From positions 1 through 24,000 of the forward strand of contig JAKZRG010000091.1 of assembly GCA_047518265.1 (NCBI GenBank): 24,000 bases of DNA. The letters run 5' to 3'. The stretch's first letter is position 1. Each line of letters begins with the position of its first letter. This stretch comes from Oceanospirillum sp. (GTDB taxonomy: Bacteria; Pseudomonadota; Gammaproteobacteria; Pseudomonadales; Halomonadaceae). Made by a program: the position numbers and the translations under genes. This document shows positions 1-8,947 of the stretch, in pieces. The notes beneath the pieces were generated by a model, which was not told the DNA's origin, did not search any database, and saw only the letters and a program-made list of their open reading frames with translations.

Positions 1-1
1 C

Positions 2-466
2 CTCTATCTGAACCGCCATAAAGAGCAATTACAAGAGATCATTCCTGAAGGAGAACCCTACCGTTTGGTCTTCTCTGCCAGTCATTGTCGCGGCGCTATT
101 TTTAAAGATGCCGAAGATCTGATCACACCAGAATTGTCACATCGAATTAATACCATCATGGCTGATCTGCCTGAGTTCTATTACGGTCGGATGGACATCA
201 AGTTTCCTGATATTGAGAGTTTAAAGGCAGGTGAAGGACTAGAGATCGTTGAGATTAATGCCGCAAGCTCGGAATCACTGCATATCTGGGACAGCAATAC
301 TAAGCTGAATGTGGCGGTCTCCTCTCTGCTCTATCAGTACAGAACCCTATTTAAACTAGGCCAGCAAAACCGTAAACGGGGTTATAAGACGCCGGGACTT
401 AAAATGCTTTTAAAGCATTGGCAGAAAGAAAGGAATTTGAAGCAGTTTTATCCAGAAACTGATTAA
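2..466 (+). CDS. ATP-grasp family carboxylate-amine ligase, C-terminal part (5' end lies outside the window)
   Basis: The frame is open from base 2 to the stop at 464-466; the TTG at 65 in the ORF track is not a real start. It contains an ATP-grasp C-terminal Mg/ATP-site pattern, GLEIVEINAASSES (E-x-N), preceded by YGRMDIKF. It sits 60 nt upstream of the next gene on the same strand. Confidence 0.6.
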   Translation, partial: LYLNRHKEQLQEIIPEGEPYRLVFSASHCRGAIFKDAEDLITPELSHRINTIMADLPEFYYGRMDIKFPDIESLKAGEGLEIVEINAASSESLHIWDSNTKLNVAVSSLLYQYRTLFKLGQQNRKRGYKTPGLKMLLKHWQKERNLKQFYPETD

Positions 467-526
467 TGCTACACAGCTAAGCGAAGGTTGTGTCCGTCTT
501 ACTGAATCTCTTTAGGTGGTATTACC

Positions 527-2305
527 GTGCAAGTAGAATTTAATCCATTTCGAGTGCCTTTAAAATCATCCAATCTGTCATCTGTACTGGAAAAAGTACT
601 GGGATTGGGGCCATTAATTCGCGGCTATGATGCTCGCCCCACGCATCAAGGGGAGAATATCAATGGCGCCCCTTTTCTGGAACATACTCTTAATGTTTTA
701 GACGTTGATATCGATGTCGAAAACGAAGAGTACTTAACCGATATTCCTAAAGAAGGTCCCGTTATTTTTGTTGCTAATCACCCTTATGGTGGCCTAGATG
801 GCGTCGCGATGACTCAGTTGTTATTAAAGCATCGCCCCGATTTAAAAGTGATGACCAATAAGATGCTGACTCGCATTCCTGAGCTTAGTGATCTTTTTAT
901 TGGGGTTGATGTGCTATCGGAAAATGCAGCAAAAGAAAATGCCAAGGGGATTCGTTTAATCTGCAAACACCTTAGCCAAGGCGGAGCACTGTTAATTTAT
1001 CCAGCAGGCACAGTTTCAGCTATTAATACTAAGAGTTGGCAGATTGAAGACAGTGAGTGGCATCCCCTCGTAGGTCGTTTGGCCCAGCGCTATAAGGCCA
1101 GTTGTATGCCCTTTTACATTGGTGGTCGTAATAGCAAACTTTTTTATGCCATGGGCTTAATTCACAAACGTTTGCGTACTCTAATGCTGCCAAGAGAGTT
1201 ATCGAATAAATCCGGCCATCGTATTCAGATCCATGCAGGCCCGATAATTACTCCAGATGAATTAAAGCATGCAGAAACGGATGAGGCTGCCACCCACTAC
1301 CTTAAAATGTCCAGCCAACTTATCGGTCGTAATCTGGATCAATCAGATGTACCACAAGCACCAGCAGTGGACAGTCAAACGATTACCAAACAACATAGTC
1401 AAGAAAACCTGTTACAAGACCTTGCGGGACTTGAAGAATATCGCTTATTAAGTAAAAACGGCTTTTCGGTTTACTGCGCGCCTTATGATCGACTCGGCAG
1501 TGTAATGCAGGAAATAGCCCATGCCAGAGAGGTGACCTTTAGAGCCGCTGGTGAAGGTACTGGACTAACATCAGACAGTGACCAGTTTGATCCCCACTAT
1601 CTGCATCTTTTCCTGTGGGATGATAAAGAGCAGCGTCTTGTGGGTGGCTATCGTATCGGGCAGAGCGATAAAATCATTAAAACGCTAGGCATAAAGGCGC
1701 TCTATAGTCGTTCCCTTTATCATTACGATGAATCCTTTATTCAACAGCTAGGCTCTGCGCTAGAGATGGGGCGGTCTTTCGTCACTCCAGAATACCAGCG
1801 TCACCCCCGTGCATTGGATCTGCTATGGCAAGGCATAGGAAACTATGTGGCCCAAAATCCCCAGTACCATACCTTATTTGGTTGCGTAAGTATTTCTCAG
1901 GAACATTCGGAATTGGCTCGTGCTTTTTTATCCGACTCTATGATGGAAGGCTTCCGCGCCAAACAGGAATATCTTAATAAAGTACGTCCTGTGGTGCCTC
2001 TAAAGGTTAAAGGTAAGGTTTGGACAACAGAAGCTCTGGCGTCCTTATCCAATATTGCAGTGATCAATAAGTTATTAGGTCGTTGTGATCCCGGTAAGTC
2101 TATCCCCATTCTTCTGCGACATTATTTGGCGCTGAATGGCCGTTTTGTCTGCTTTACGGTTAATGAGGGTTTTAATAATTCTCTGGATGGTTTGATCCTA
2201 GTCGATCTACGTGAAACGCCTAAAAAATATATCAAACGTTATTTGGGCAAAACGGGAAGCGAACAATTTTTACAACAATGGAACGCACATGAAAGCACTG
2301 ATTGA
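527..2305 (+). CDS. Two-domain acyltransferase: N-terminal PlsC/LPLAT-type domain plus C-terminal OlsB-type GNAT N-acyltransferase domain (OlsF-like amino-lipid synthase)
   Basis: 592 aa with a GTG start preceded by AGGTGG at 513-518. N-terminal motifs are VANHPYGGLDG (aa 82-92, H-x5-D acyltransferase block) and LLIYPAGTVS (FPEGT-like block). The C-terminal half carries LEMGRSFVTPEYQRHPRALDLLWQGI, typical of OlsB/hemolysin-like GNAT N-acyltransferases. Size and domain order match what I recall of OlsF. Confidence 0.75.
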   Translation: MQVEFNPFRVPLKSSNLSSVLEKVLGLGPLIRGYDARPTHQGENINGAPFLEHTLNVLDVDIDVENEEYLTDIPKEGPVIFVANHPYGGLDGVAMTQLLLKHRPDLKVMTNKMLTRIPELSDLFIGVDVLSENAAKENAKGIRLICKHLSQGGALLIYPAGTVSAINTKSWQIEDSEWHPLVGRLAQRYKASCMPFYIGGRNSKLFYAMGLIHKRLRTLMLPRELSNKSGHRIQIHAGPIITPDELKHAETDEAATHYLKMSSQLIGRNLDQSDVPQAPAVDSQTITKQHSQENLLQDLAGLEEYRLLSKNGFSVYCAPYDRLGSVMQEIAHAREVTFRAAGEGTGLTSDSDQFDPHYLHLFLWDDKEQRLVGGYRIGQSDKIIKTLGIKALYSRSLYHYDESFIQQLGSALEMGRSFVTPEYQRHPRALDLLWQGIGNYVAQNPQYHTLFGCVSISQEHSELARAFLSDSMMEGFRAKQEYLNKVRPVVPLKVKGKVWTTEALASLSNIAVINKLLGRCDPGKSIPILLRHYLALNGRFVCFTVNEGFNNSLDGLILVDLRETPKKYIKRYLGKTGSEQFLQQWNAHESTD

Positions 2306-2882
2306 AGCCACTATCGAAACTCTGGAACAAGTAAGATCCTTGATCACTCTATGTGCGGGTGATCAATATGATCAAGCCTCTGTTCACTCAATGTCCGGTG
2401 TGGGTCGTCATGTCCGCCATATTCTGGATCACTTTATTGCAGTCAAAGGTGGGGCTGAAAGTGGCCTCATCGATTACAACGTACGCCAGCGGGATTCAGA
2501 TATTGAATCCAATAGCCAATTGGCACTACAACGCACGGATGAGCTGATTGACTGGTTATCTGTACTTGGACGGGAAGATGTACAGCCTGGATCAAAGATT
2601 CAGGTTGTAACAGAGATTTCTGTTAACCAAACCAAGACTATGGCAATGGAGTCAAACTTAGACCGAGAGCTATGCTATCTCATCAATCACACGGTTCACC
2701 ACTTATCCTATGCTTCCTTGGTCGCTAAACAATTAGGTTTTACCGTGGATGACAGTATTGGACTCGCTCCAGGCACAGCAACCTATTTGCGCCAAACCGC
2801 AGAACAAGAGAGCCATCAGCCAGAGCAAGAAGATCATCGGCTCGCGAGAGAAGGTCATCCGCTTTTAGATCAGGCTGGATAA
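2289..2882 (+). CDS. DinB-fold (DinB/YfiT-like) putative metal-dependent enzyme
   Basis: I place the start at ATG 2289 (MKALIEATIETLEQV...) rather than the track's 2211. This overlaps the upstream stop by 17 nt, which suggests translational coupling. Histidine-rich motifs HVRHILDHF and INHTVHHLSYA fit the DinB-family metal-binding His triad on a four-helix-bundle pattern. Confidence 0.6.
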   Translation: MKALIEATIETLEQVRSLITLCAGDQYDQASVHSMSGVGRHVRHILDHFIAVKGGAESGLIDYNVRQRDSDIESNSQLALQRTDELIDWLSVLGREDVQPGSKIQVVTEISVNQTKTMAMESNLDRELCYLINHTVHHLSYASLVAKQLGFTVDDSIGLAPGTATYLRQTAEQESHQPEQEDHRLAREGHPLLDQAG

Positions 2883-2886
2883 TACC

Positions 2887-3777
2887 ATGTGTACTCTAAC
2901 CGCCTTCCACACAGTAGATGGTTTACTGATCACCATGAATCGAGATGAATCAAGATTAAGATTTGAGGCAGGTCTTAAACGTACTTTTGACTCTATAGAA
3001 CCTACCCAAACAAAGACAGATAACCAAACACTTACAAAACAAGCGGTAGAGTTGGCCTACCCTGTGGATGGTCAAGCTTTCGGCACCTGGATAGGATTAA
3101 ATAATCATGGTGTTGTTATGTGTTTACTCAATCGTTATCAGGATGCACATGTACCTAACGCTCTAACCCGTGGAAGCATTATTCCGACTGCACTAAAACA
3201 TGGTCAGGCCAACGTAATTTTTGAACATTTGGAGCAGCTGGATACCCTTTCATTTAATCCTTTTGATCTGCTTGTTTTTTCGGTTAAAGAATCCCGTCTG
3301 TTTAGCTGGGATGGCACCCATTACAATTTCGAAGCACTTCATCTGGAAACTGGTCGGATGTTTAGCTCTTCCTCTATTGACGCGGAAACAATTCTCCCCC
3401 ATCGACACAAGCTGTTTGATGCTTGGTTGCATCAAAATCAAGTTCGTTCCGATTCAAAATATAGCGATTTAAACAGTCAATCGAAGGTAAATGGAAAGCT
3501 GAATAGCAAACAGACCTGTAGCAATAAGCCCTGTAGCAAGAAGCCTTTATCAGAAACAGTCCTGCAGGGCTTCCATTTACAACAAGAAACGGGGCAAGAA
3601 AGTCGTAGCGTTTTTATGGCTCGGGATAAAAACCACACCAAGAGTATTAGCCAAATTACGCTGAGTAACTTACAGGGATCTCTTGATTATTATTCAGAAG
3701 AAAAGCTCCAGTGTGTTTTAAATGGTCGACAGAAGTTTAGGCCATCCGAGTCCGTGCAACTCTCGTTAATTAACTAA
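2887..3777 (+). CDS. NRDE-family (TANGO2-like) protein with a low-complexity insertion
   Basis: It starts MC (Met-Cys N-terminus conserved in the family) and has the literal NRDE motif at aa 18-21 (TMNRDESR) and GTWIGLNNHGVVMCLLN. The start is 4 nt after the DinB-like stop. A Ser/Lys/Asn-rich insert lies at about aa 185-225. Confidence 0.7.
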   Translation: MCTLTAFHTVDGLLITMNRDESRLRFEAGLKRTFDSIEPTQTKTDNQTLTKQAVELAYPVDGQAFGTWIGLNNHGVVMCLLNRYQDAHVPNALTRGSIIPTALKHGQANVIFEHLEQLDTLSFNPFDLLVFSVKESRLFSWDGTHYNFEALHLETGRMFSSSSIDAETILPHRHKLFDAWLHQNQVRSDSKYSDLNSQSKVNGKLNSKQTCSNKPCSKKPLSETVLQGFHLQQETGQESRSVFMARDKNHTKSISQITLSNLQGSLDYYSEEKLQCVLNGRQKFRPSESVQLSLIN

Positions 3778-3807
3778 TTAAAATATTTTTATATTGAGGT
3801 AATCCCT

Positions 3808-4257
3808 ATGAATCTGCTCAAACGTACATTGCTGATTTTCACTTGTCTGATTTTTTCTAATACGATCTTGGCCTCGGATGCAATCAATACAGGTTGGTTT
3901 AACAACACCGCTATTAAAGGCTATGACACTGTTGCTTATTTTACCGAAAACAAACCGGTAAAAGGCAGTAAAAAATTTCAGCACACATGGCAAGAAGCTA
4001 CCTGGCACTTTAGCAGTGAGGAACATTTGGCTCTGTTTAAAAATAACCCTGAGAAATATGCGCCGCAATATGGTGGTTACTGTGCTTATGCGGTAGCTCA
4101 AGGTGATTTAGCAGGTATAGATCCCTCTCAATTTACGGTTATGAATGAGAAGCTGTATTTAAACTACAATCGTGATATCCAGCAGAAATGGTTGAAAAAA
4201 CCTGTAGCCTATATCAATCAAGCAGATCAGAATTGGCCCAAAGTGCTTAACAATTAA
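3808..4257 (+). CDS. Secreted YHS-domain protein
   Basis: GAGGT SD 7 nt upstream. Signal peptide MNLLKRTLLIFTCLIFSNTILA. Family-typical blocks are AIKGYDTVAYFTENKPVKGS, WHFSSEEHLALFKNNPEKYAPQYGGYCAY and KLYLNYN. Confidence 0.75.
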   Translation: MNLLKRTLLIFTCLIFSNTILASDAINTGWFNNTAIKGYDTVAYFTENKPVKGSKKFQHTWQEATWHFSSEEHLALFKNNPEKYAPQYGGYCAYAVAQGDLAGIDPSQFTVMNEKLYLNYNRDIQQKWLKKPVAYINQADQNWPKVLNN

Positions 4258-4275
4258 GAGTTTGGAAAATAAGCC

Positions 4276-4686
4276 ATGATTGTTCAGCGATTATCTAGCC
4301 TAATGATCCCTCTGCTCGCAGGGATCATTTATGGCTCATGGGCCGCCTACAGTAACAGTGAATATGGCTTTGCTATTGCTTTACGAACGGGTATCGCTCA
4401 AGGCAGTTATGCTTTTTTCTCGACTTGGATTGTGACAGAAGCGGCTAAACGCACTTATTTTAAGTTCAGTGAAGACAGTAATAAAAGGAAAGGGATGATC
4501 GCAGGCTTTATTGCTAGCTTTGGACTTATGCTAAGCATTCCACTGATCATTCATACTCTGATTGAAACACCGGATATGTGGCAATCTATGGCGCCGGGAT
4601 TAATTTGGGGTAGTGTCTATATCCTTCTTTATCTTAGTCGATTGAGTCAGCAGGAAGGTGTTCAGGTTACTGAACTCTCTTCCTAA
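4276..4686 (+). CDS. Small integral membrane protein (about 4 TM), unknown function
   Basis: 136-aa ORF, 18 nt after the YHS gene, with four hydrophobic segments. I recognise no motif and the SD is weak. Confidence 0.5.
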   Translation: MIVQRLSSLMIPLLAGIIYGSWAAYSNSEYGFAIALRTGIAQGSYAFFSTWIVTEAAKRTYFKFSEDSNKRKGMIAGFIASFGLMLSIPLIIHTLIETPDMWQSMAPGLIWGSVYILLYLSRLSQQEGVQVTELSS

Positions 4687-4744
4687 ATCGCCTCCTTCCA
4701 GCCTCTCCTTCCAACTGATATATTATATCTGCTCTTTAACGGTG

Positions 4745-5146
4745 CTAATGGCTTGAGCTCTTAGCCTGCCAAGGCCAACGATAAGGTTTAAACACACTGG
4801 GGATGGCAAAAACAACATAGCTCAAAGCAAAAGCACCAGACCATTCGCTATTAAAGTAACCGTACTGATTTAAAGAAAACTGTGAGACCAAATACATCAG
4901 AACCCCGGCATAAAACACAATCAAGGCAAGATTACCTTTCCAGCTATCGATTCCCATTACAATAGAGGGTAAAGCCAATATCAAGCCGGTCAAAACCCCG
5001 CCTAGGGTGCTGAGCATATAGGGCAAACACTCTTGTAGCCCCCAAGCTAGATCAAACTGATAAACATCATAAACATACTTAATCACGGACATTAACAAGA
5101 GAAAAAGTGTTAACTGGATAATTTTTTGCAGTAAAACCGTGTTCAT
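4745..5146 (-). CDS. Small integral membrane protein (about 4 TM), unknown function
   Basis: 133-aa ORF with a GAAGGG SD upstream and four hydrophobic segments. It lies 21 nt downstream of the GNAT gene on the same strand. Confidence 0.5.
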   Translation of the reverse strand: MNTVLLQKIIQLTLFLLLMSVIKYVYDVYQFDLAWGLQECLPYMLSTLGGVLTGLILALPSIVMGIDSWKGNLALIVFYAGVLMYLVSQFSLNQYGYFNSEWSGAFALSYVVFAIPSVFKPYRWPWQAKSSSH

Positions 5147-5167
5147 AGTTACCCTTCTTGGTCTACC

Positions 5168-5641
5168 TCACCCTATGGATTTGGACAAGCGTAATGAAAA
5201 CTCACCAAAACCTAAGGAGTGATAAAAAGCCAATGCCTCTTTATTAAACGCCATCACATCTAAACGGACATCTATTGCTCCATGTTCCTTAGCAAATCCC
5301 TCAACTGCAGACATGAGTTGTTTTCCAATACCTTTACTTTTCCACGCTTGATTCACGACGATCGTAGCCACAGAACATCTTGGTCGAGAGATAATAAAAG
5401 GAACAGGAACATCAGATGAAACAGAAGCGGAAACGGCACCTACTATATGTCTATCTTGATCTTCTGCCACAAAAACAACAGAAGCTTCCCCTTCAATGAA
5501 CTTCCGCCAATAAGGATCATCCCGTTGGCTATCGTCAGGTTCTAAGAAATCATCAGGAAGATTTTTAAAGTGCTCTTTATTAATCTCATTCGACAATATA
5601 CATATCTCGGCTAAATCCCTTTCTGTCGCTATACGAATCAT
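5168..5641 (-). CDS. GNAT-family N-acetyltransferase
   Basis: ATG with an AAGGA SD 7 nt upstream. GNAT motif A is VVNQAWKSKGIGKQLMSAVEGFAKEHG, and the C-terminal AFNKEALAFYHSLGF is also typical. Confidence 0.75.
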   Translation of the reverse strand: MIRIATERDLAEICILSNEINKEHFKNLPDDFLEPDDSQRDDPYWRKFIEGEASVVFVAEDQDRHIVGAVSASVSSDVPVPFIISRPRCSVATIVVNQAWKSKGIGKQLMSAVEGFAKEHGAIDVRLDVMAFNKEALAFYHSLGFGEFSLRLSKSIG

Positions 5642-5662
5642 CTTTTCATCCTTTGAACATAA

Positions 5663-5685
5663 AGCCTATTTAAAAATAATAGGCT
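5663..5685 (-). terminator. Stem-loop downstream of the beta-barrel gene (weak intrinsic terminator or RNA stabiliser)
   Basis: AGCCTATT (5663-5670) pairs perfectly with AATAGGCT (5678-5685) around a 7-nt loop. On the minus strand it is followed by TTATGTT. Confidence 0.4.
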
Positions 5686-5700
5686 CAAAGATAGCCATAA

Positions 5701-6402
5701 TTAGCGGTATTTACGATCCCGATCTTTCAGTGAAACCAGAGTATCAAAATAATAATTTACTGAAATACTATAACTGTCATCATCATGATCCCAGTTGTAA
5801 CCAAAAGAAAATGCAGTTGAGTTTTTAAAATAATCAGGTTGATGGGAAACACGCAAACTATAACTATCTTTTGCGTCCATCCCTCCTGCAGATACAAGTA
5901 ATTTCGTATTATTTTGCCAATACCAAGCAATATCGGCAAAAGCCAAATGAGATGTTGAGGTGTTTTTTGAGTCAGCAAACAAGCGAGATGCACCAAAAGT
6001 GAAATCATTTAGATAGTATTGACCCGATAAGCTATATAGATAAGCCTCAAAGCTATCATCACCGTCAATCAGATTGTTCATATGTGCTTGATGATAACTC
6101 AGTCCAGCCTCTATTTTTCCTAAATCAAAGTCACGTAAGTAGATACTACTGGCCAGTTGGTAGTTGTCGATCTTAACATCTGCACCATCAACTTCTGTTC
6201 TACTGCCTCTTAAATAAAAAGAACTACCAACATACCGATAAACTGGAAGGTTAATGCCCCCTGAGATACCTAGCGTATCAGTATCTTGATCCCAACCATA
6301 AGATAAACCGACATTATAGTTTTTTTCTAATACACCGCCATTTTCCCCTGCAATGGCCAGTACAGGGGCAAACATTAATATTGCTAAACTCTTTTTTAAC
6401 AC
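5701..6402 (-). CDS. Putative outer-membrane beta-barrel protein
   Basis: GTG start with an AAGGA SD 6 nt upstream. Signal peptide (M)LKKSLAILMFAPVLAIA. Alternating aromatic/polar strands are rich in Y, G, S and D (GLSYGWDQD, SLSGQYYLNDFTFGA, YSISVNYYF). I do not recognise the family. Confidence 0.5.
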   Translation of the reverse strand: MLKKSLAILMFAPVLAIAGENGGVLEKNYNVGLSYGWDQDTDTLGISGGINLPVYRYVGSSFYLRGSRTEVDGADVKIDNYQLASSIYLRDFDLGKIEAGLSYHQAHMNNLIDGDDSFEAYLYSLSGQYYLNDFTFGASRLFADSKNTSTSHLAFADIAWYWQNNTKLLVSAGGMDAKDSYSLRVSHQPDYFKNSTAFSFGYNWDHDDDSYSISVNYYFDTLVSLKDRDRKYR

Positions 6403-6456
6403 AGTAATTCCTTTTAATTTTATAATCTGCCAATTTTCTGATCAATAAGGTAATGT

Positions 6457-6981
6457 TTAGAGCCCGATAGCATACACTGTTAGGTTTCGTATATCCTTGT
6501 TTCCATTGTAATAAATAGGGATAGTTTTAACGTGTTGGGCCCCAAAACGTTTGGCTACCGCTATACTGGGTAGGTTGTCTTCCAGGCACCGAAATTCGAC
6601 ACTACGTACCCCGTAATGATCTCTCAAATAGGGCATAATACTTTCTATGATACCGGAGACTACGCCCCGCCCCTGCACTGAGCTTGAAATCCAGTAGCCT
6701 AGCTCTGCGGTATTGCCCTTTATGGATTTGATGCCAAAAAGCCCGCTGACTTGTCCTTGATACAAAATTTTAAACCACTGGGCTCCAGATAATCCGCTCT
6801 GTAATTTCTTTTGCAAATATTCTTTCGTAGACGATTGATCGTAAACACTATCTACCCAGGATAAATATTCACCAAGAAAGTCTCGGTTCTCTTCAATAAG
6901 TACATAAAAAGCAACATCGTCTGACAATTCCAGTTTAACAATTTCGATTTTCTCTGAGATTTCCAAGCTAGAGATGCTCAC
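6457..6981 (-). CDS. GNAT-family N-acetyltransferase (RimJ/RimL-like)
   Basis: GTG start. ELGYWISSSVQGRGVVSGIIESI (motif A, Q-G-R-G) and LEDNLPSIAVAKRFGAQ are typical of the Acetyltransf_3/RimJ-like group. Confidence 0.7.
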   Translation of the reverse strand: MSISSLEISEKIEIVKLELSDDVAFYVLIEENRDFLGEYLSWVDSVYDQSSTKEYLQKKLQSGLSGAQWFKILYQGQVSGLFGIKSIKGNTAELGYWISSSVQGRGVVSGIIESIMPYLRDHYGVRSVEFRCLEDNLPSIAVAKRFGAQHVKTIPIYYNGNKDIRNLTVYAIGL

Positions 6982-7127
6982 AATAAATTACCACTTCTTA
7001 CTCATTTTTACAGTTTACAATGAATATCAGTCTTAATATAACATATTGATTAATATATAAATTTCCAGACATATGATCCATTAGTTGATACAATTCAACT
7101 TCTTACTTACTCTTAGAAAAAGAATTT

Positions 7128-7685
7128 ATGTCCTGGTTTGAAGCATCACTGATCTGCACTTGTGTATTTGCTCTATTTAGTATTGTCTACTCTACCCTAA
7201 AAACAGGCATGTCGCCGATGCCTAGCTCGGCTAAAGTACGAAAGGAAGTGCTCGATTTACTCTCAAAGCAAAACCCAGCATCTGGGCAAGCCATTATTGA
7301 TGTAGGTTCTGGCTGGGGCAACTTAATAATCCCGATGGCTCGCAGGTTCCCACAAACTCAAGTGATTGGTTATGAGCTTTCATTATTACCATGGTTAGCG
7401 TGTTTGCTAATCAAAAAAATATTACGATTGAATAATTTAAAACTTTATAGACAGGACTTTCTTAAAGCTGATATTCCTCAGGATAGTATTTTGACCTGTT
7501 ACCTTCACCCAAGAGGAATGAAAAAATTAAAGCGTTACTTGCAACAGCGTGAACAAGCAGCCAGTACCGTGATCAGTATCTATTTTTCTTTACCTGGTTG
7601 TGATGAAACCACGTTTAAAGAAACCCGTGTTATACGGATTAAAGATCTGTACCAAACACCGGTATACCTATATCAGCAGTCGTAG
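7128..7685 (+). CDS. Class I SAM-dependent methyltransferase with an N-terminal TM helix
   Basis: Motif I is IIDVGSGWGNLIIPMA, followed by VIGYELS (acidic post-I residue). The N-terminus WFEASLICTCVFALFSIVYS is hydrophobic. Confidence 0.65.
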   Translation: MSWFEASLICTCVFALFSIVYSTLKTGMSPMPSSAKVRKEVLDLLSKQNPASGQAIIDVGSGWGNLIIPMARRFPQTQVIGYELSLLPWLACLLIKKILRLNNLKLYRQDFLKADIPQDSILTCYLHPRGMKKLKRYLQQREQAASTVISIYFSLPGCDETTFKETRVIRIKDLYQTPVYLYQQS

Positions 7686-7707
7686 CCATTTCTAAAACTC
7701 ATCAAAC

Positions 7708-7740
7708 TTCTAATCCTAAGGTTTTGCCTAAGGATTAGAA
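7708..7740. terminator. Bidirectional stem-loop terminator between convergent genes
   Basis: TTCTAATCCTAAGG (7708-7721) pairs with CCTAAGGATTAGAA (7727-7740) at 13 of 14 positions around the loop TTTTG. It lies between stop 7685 (+) and stop 7760 (-). Confidence 0.7.
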
Positions 7741-7759
7741 GCAAATTATCTCATTGAAA

Positions 7760-8947
7760 CTATTTGAACATCTGCTGCATTATCTCCATCGTTTCTTCGA
7801 AATATGGATTCCAGCTTAGCCGAGCATGTACCTTGTTCTCTTCACGATAGCCCCAACCTGAGTACCAAACATCTGCTCCATTACGGCAAATCTTCTCTTG
7901 CGCTTCCTCTTGGCCATTGCCACACATGCGATGACGACCTTCAATACCATAATGGGCATTATTCGGTTTATATAATGCACTCATATGAGAGCCTGTACTG
8001 ATACGATATTCTGGCAGTGCCATGGAATAGGCCGTTAGGCCGGAGACTTGCGGCTTACTTTCTCCAAACCAAACCAGCTTATTTTCAGAATGAATAAAAC
8101 GTTCTTGATAAAGATCTATTGCTGATTGAGTGTTGATTACCGTATCACCCTCACTCATTACCATAAACACTGGGATATTGAGAGATGTACCTGACAACTT
8201 ATCACGGACTAAAGTTGATGTTTCGTAATAAACCGCCGCACCATTCATGGCAAGGGATTCAAATTTTACGATATTGTCTTCTTGATCTTCGTCCGCCCAA
8301 TCCACCAAATATCGAGCATATGGAGCAAAACGCACAACTCCACTTTGAGGCTCAAAGGCAGGAGAAAACAGTAATAGGCCATCTATCTCTGGGTTATCAA
8401 CTGCTTCAATGGTGACAAGATTAGCACCTGTGGAATATCCACCTAACCAGATATCATCATAGTCCTTTGATAACAACGCAGTATGATGACGAACAATCGC
8501 GGTCCAATCTTTAAGTTCGGGCAGCATTAAGTCAGCAGGTTTACTGCCATGACCGGGTAATAGAATCACCCGTACCAGAAACCCTTGATCCACCAACTCT
8601 TGCGCTACATCTGTGAAAGAAAAGGGAGAGTCACTTAAACCGTGTACCAACAAAGCGGCTTTTCCATTGGGCTGATCAGGTTTAAGTTCAAAAGGACTGT
8701 TAAGCTGAACTTCCTGCTCAGGGTTTTGACTCAGATACATACGATTCTTACGCAACCATTTTTGATTATCTTGAATGTATTGCTGAAAGTCATTTTGTAA
8801 ATAATTAGCCATGTTTTCTGATGGCTGTTTTTCTGGTTGCACGGGTTGATTACTGCATGCAGTGGCCAGTACAGCGAAGAGAGAAACCGCCAACGTCAAA
8901 CCTTTTGTTGTGTGCAACTTTCTATTCGAACCTATTTTCAAAGTCAT
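7760..8947 (-). CDS. Alpha/beta-hydrolase, probable lipoprotein
   Basis: The N-terminus ...LAVSLFAVLATAC-SNQ is a signal peptide with a lipobox-like ATAC. LLVHGLSDSPFSF is the oxyanion HG block and WLGGYSTGANL is the G-x-S-x-G nucleophile elbow. The C-terminal extension is Cys-containing. Confidence 0.7.
   Translation of the reverse strand: MTLKIGSNRKLHTTKGLTLAVSLFAVLATACSNQPVQPEKQPSENMANYLQNDFQQYIQDNQKWLRKNRMYLSQNPEQEVQLNSPFELKPDQPNGKAALLVHGLSDSPFSFTDVAQELVDQGFLVRVILLPGHGSKPADLMLPELKDWTAIVRHHTALLSKDYDDIWLGGYSTGANLVTIEAVDNPEIDGLLLFSPAFEPQSGVVRFAPYARYLVDWADEDQEDNIVKFESLAMNGAAVYYETSTLVRDKLSGTSLNIPVFMVMSEGDTVINTQSAIDLYQERFIHSENKLVWFGESKPQVSGLTAYSMALPEYRISTGSHMSALYKPNNAHYGIEGRHRMCGNGQEEAQEKICRNGADVWYSGWGYREENKVHARLSWNPYFEETMEIMQQMFK

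Noticed and set aside
2211-2288. Upstream extensions of ORF-track starts: 2211 for the DinB-like gene, 21644 for the permease, 23775 for the VOC gene, 9969 for the SBP, 19921 for dapA and 65 for the ATP-grasp fragment
   Set aside because: The extensions overlap neighbouring genes or lack an SD. Internal ATGs with an SD give N-termini matching family norms or signal peptides. The ATP-grasp frame is open to the window edge.
4692-4713. Duplicated CTCCTTCCA (4692-4700 and 4705-4713), which reads as two perfect AAGGAG Shine-Dalgarno sequences on the minus strand
   Set aside because: No start codon follows either copy at a usable distance on the minus strand, and the downstream sequence there is the 3' end of the + strand gene. 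I treat this as coincidental.
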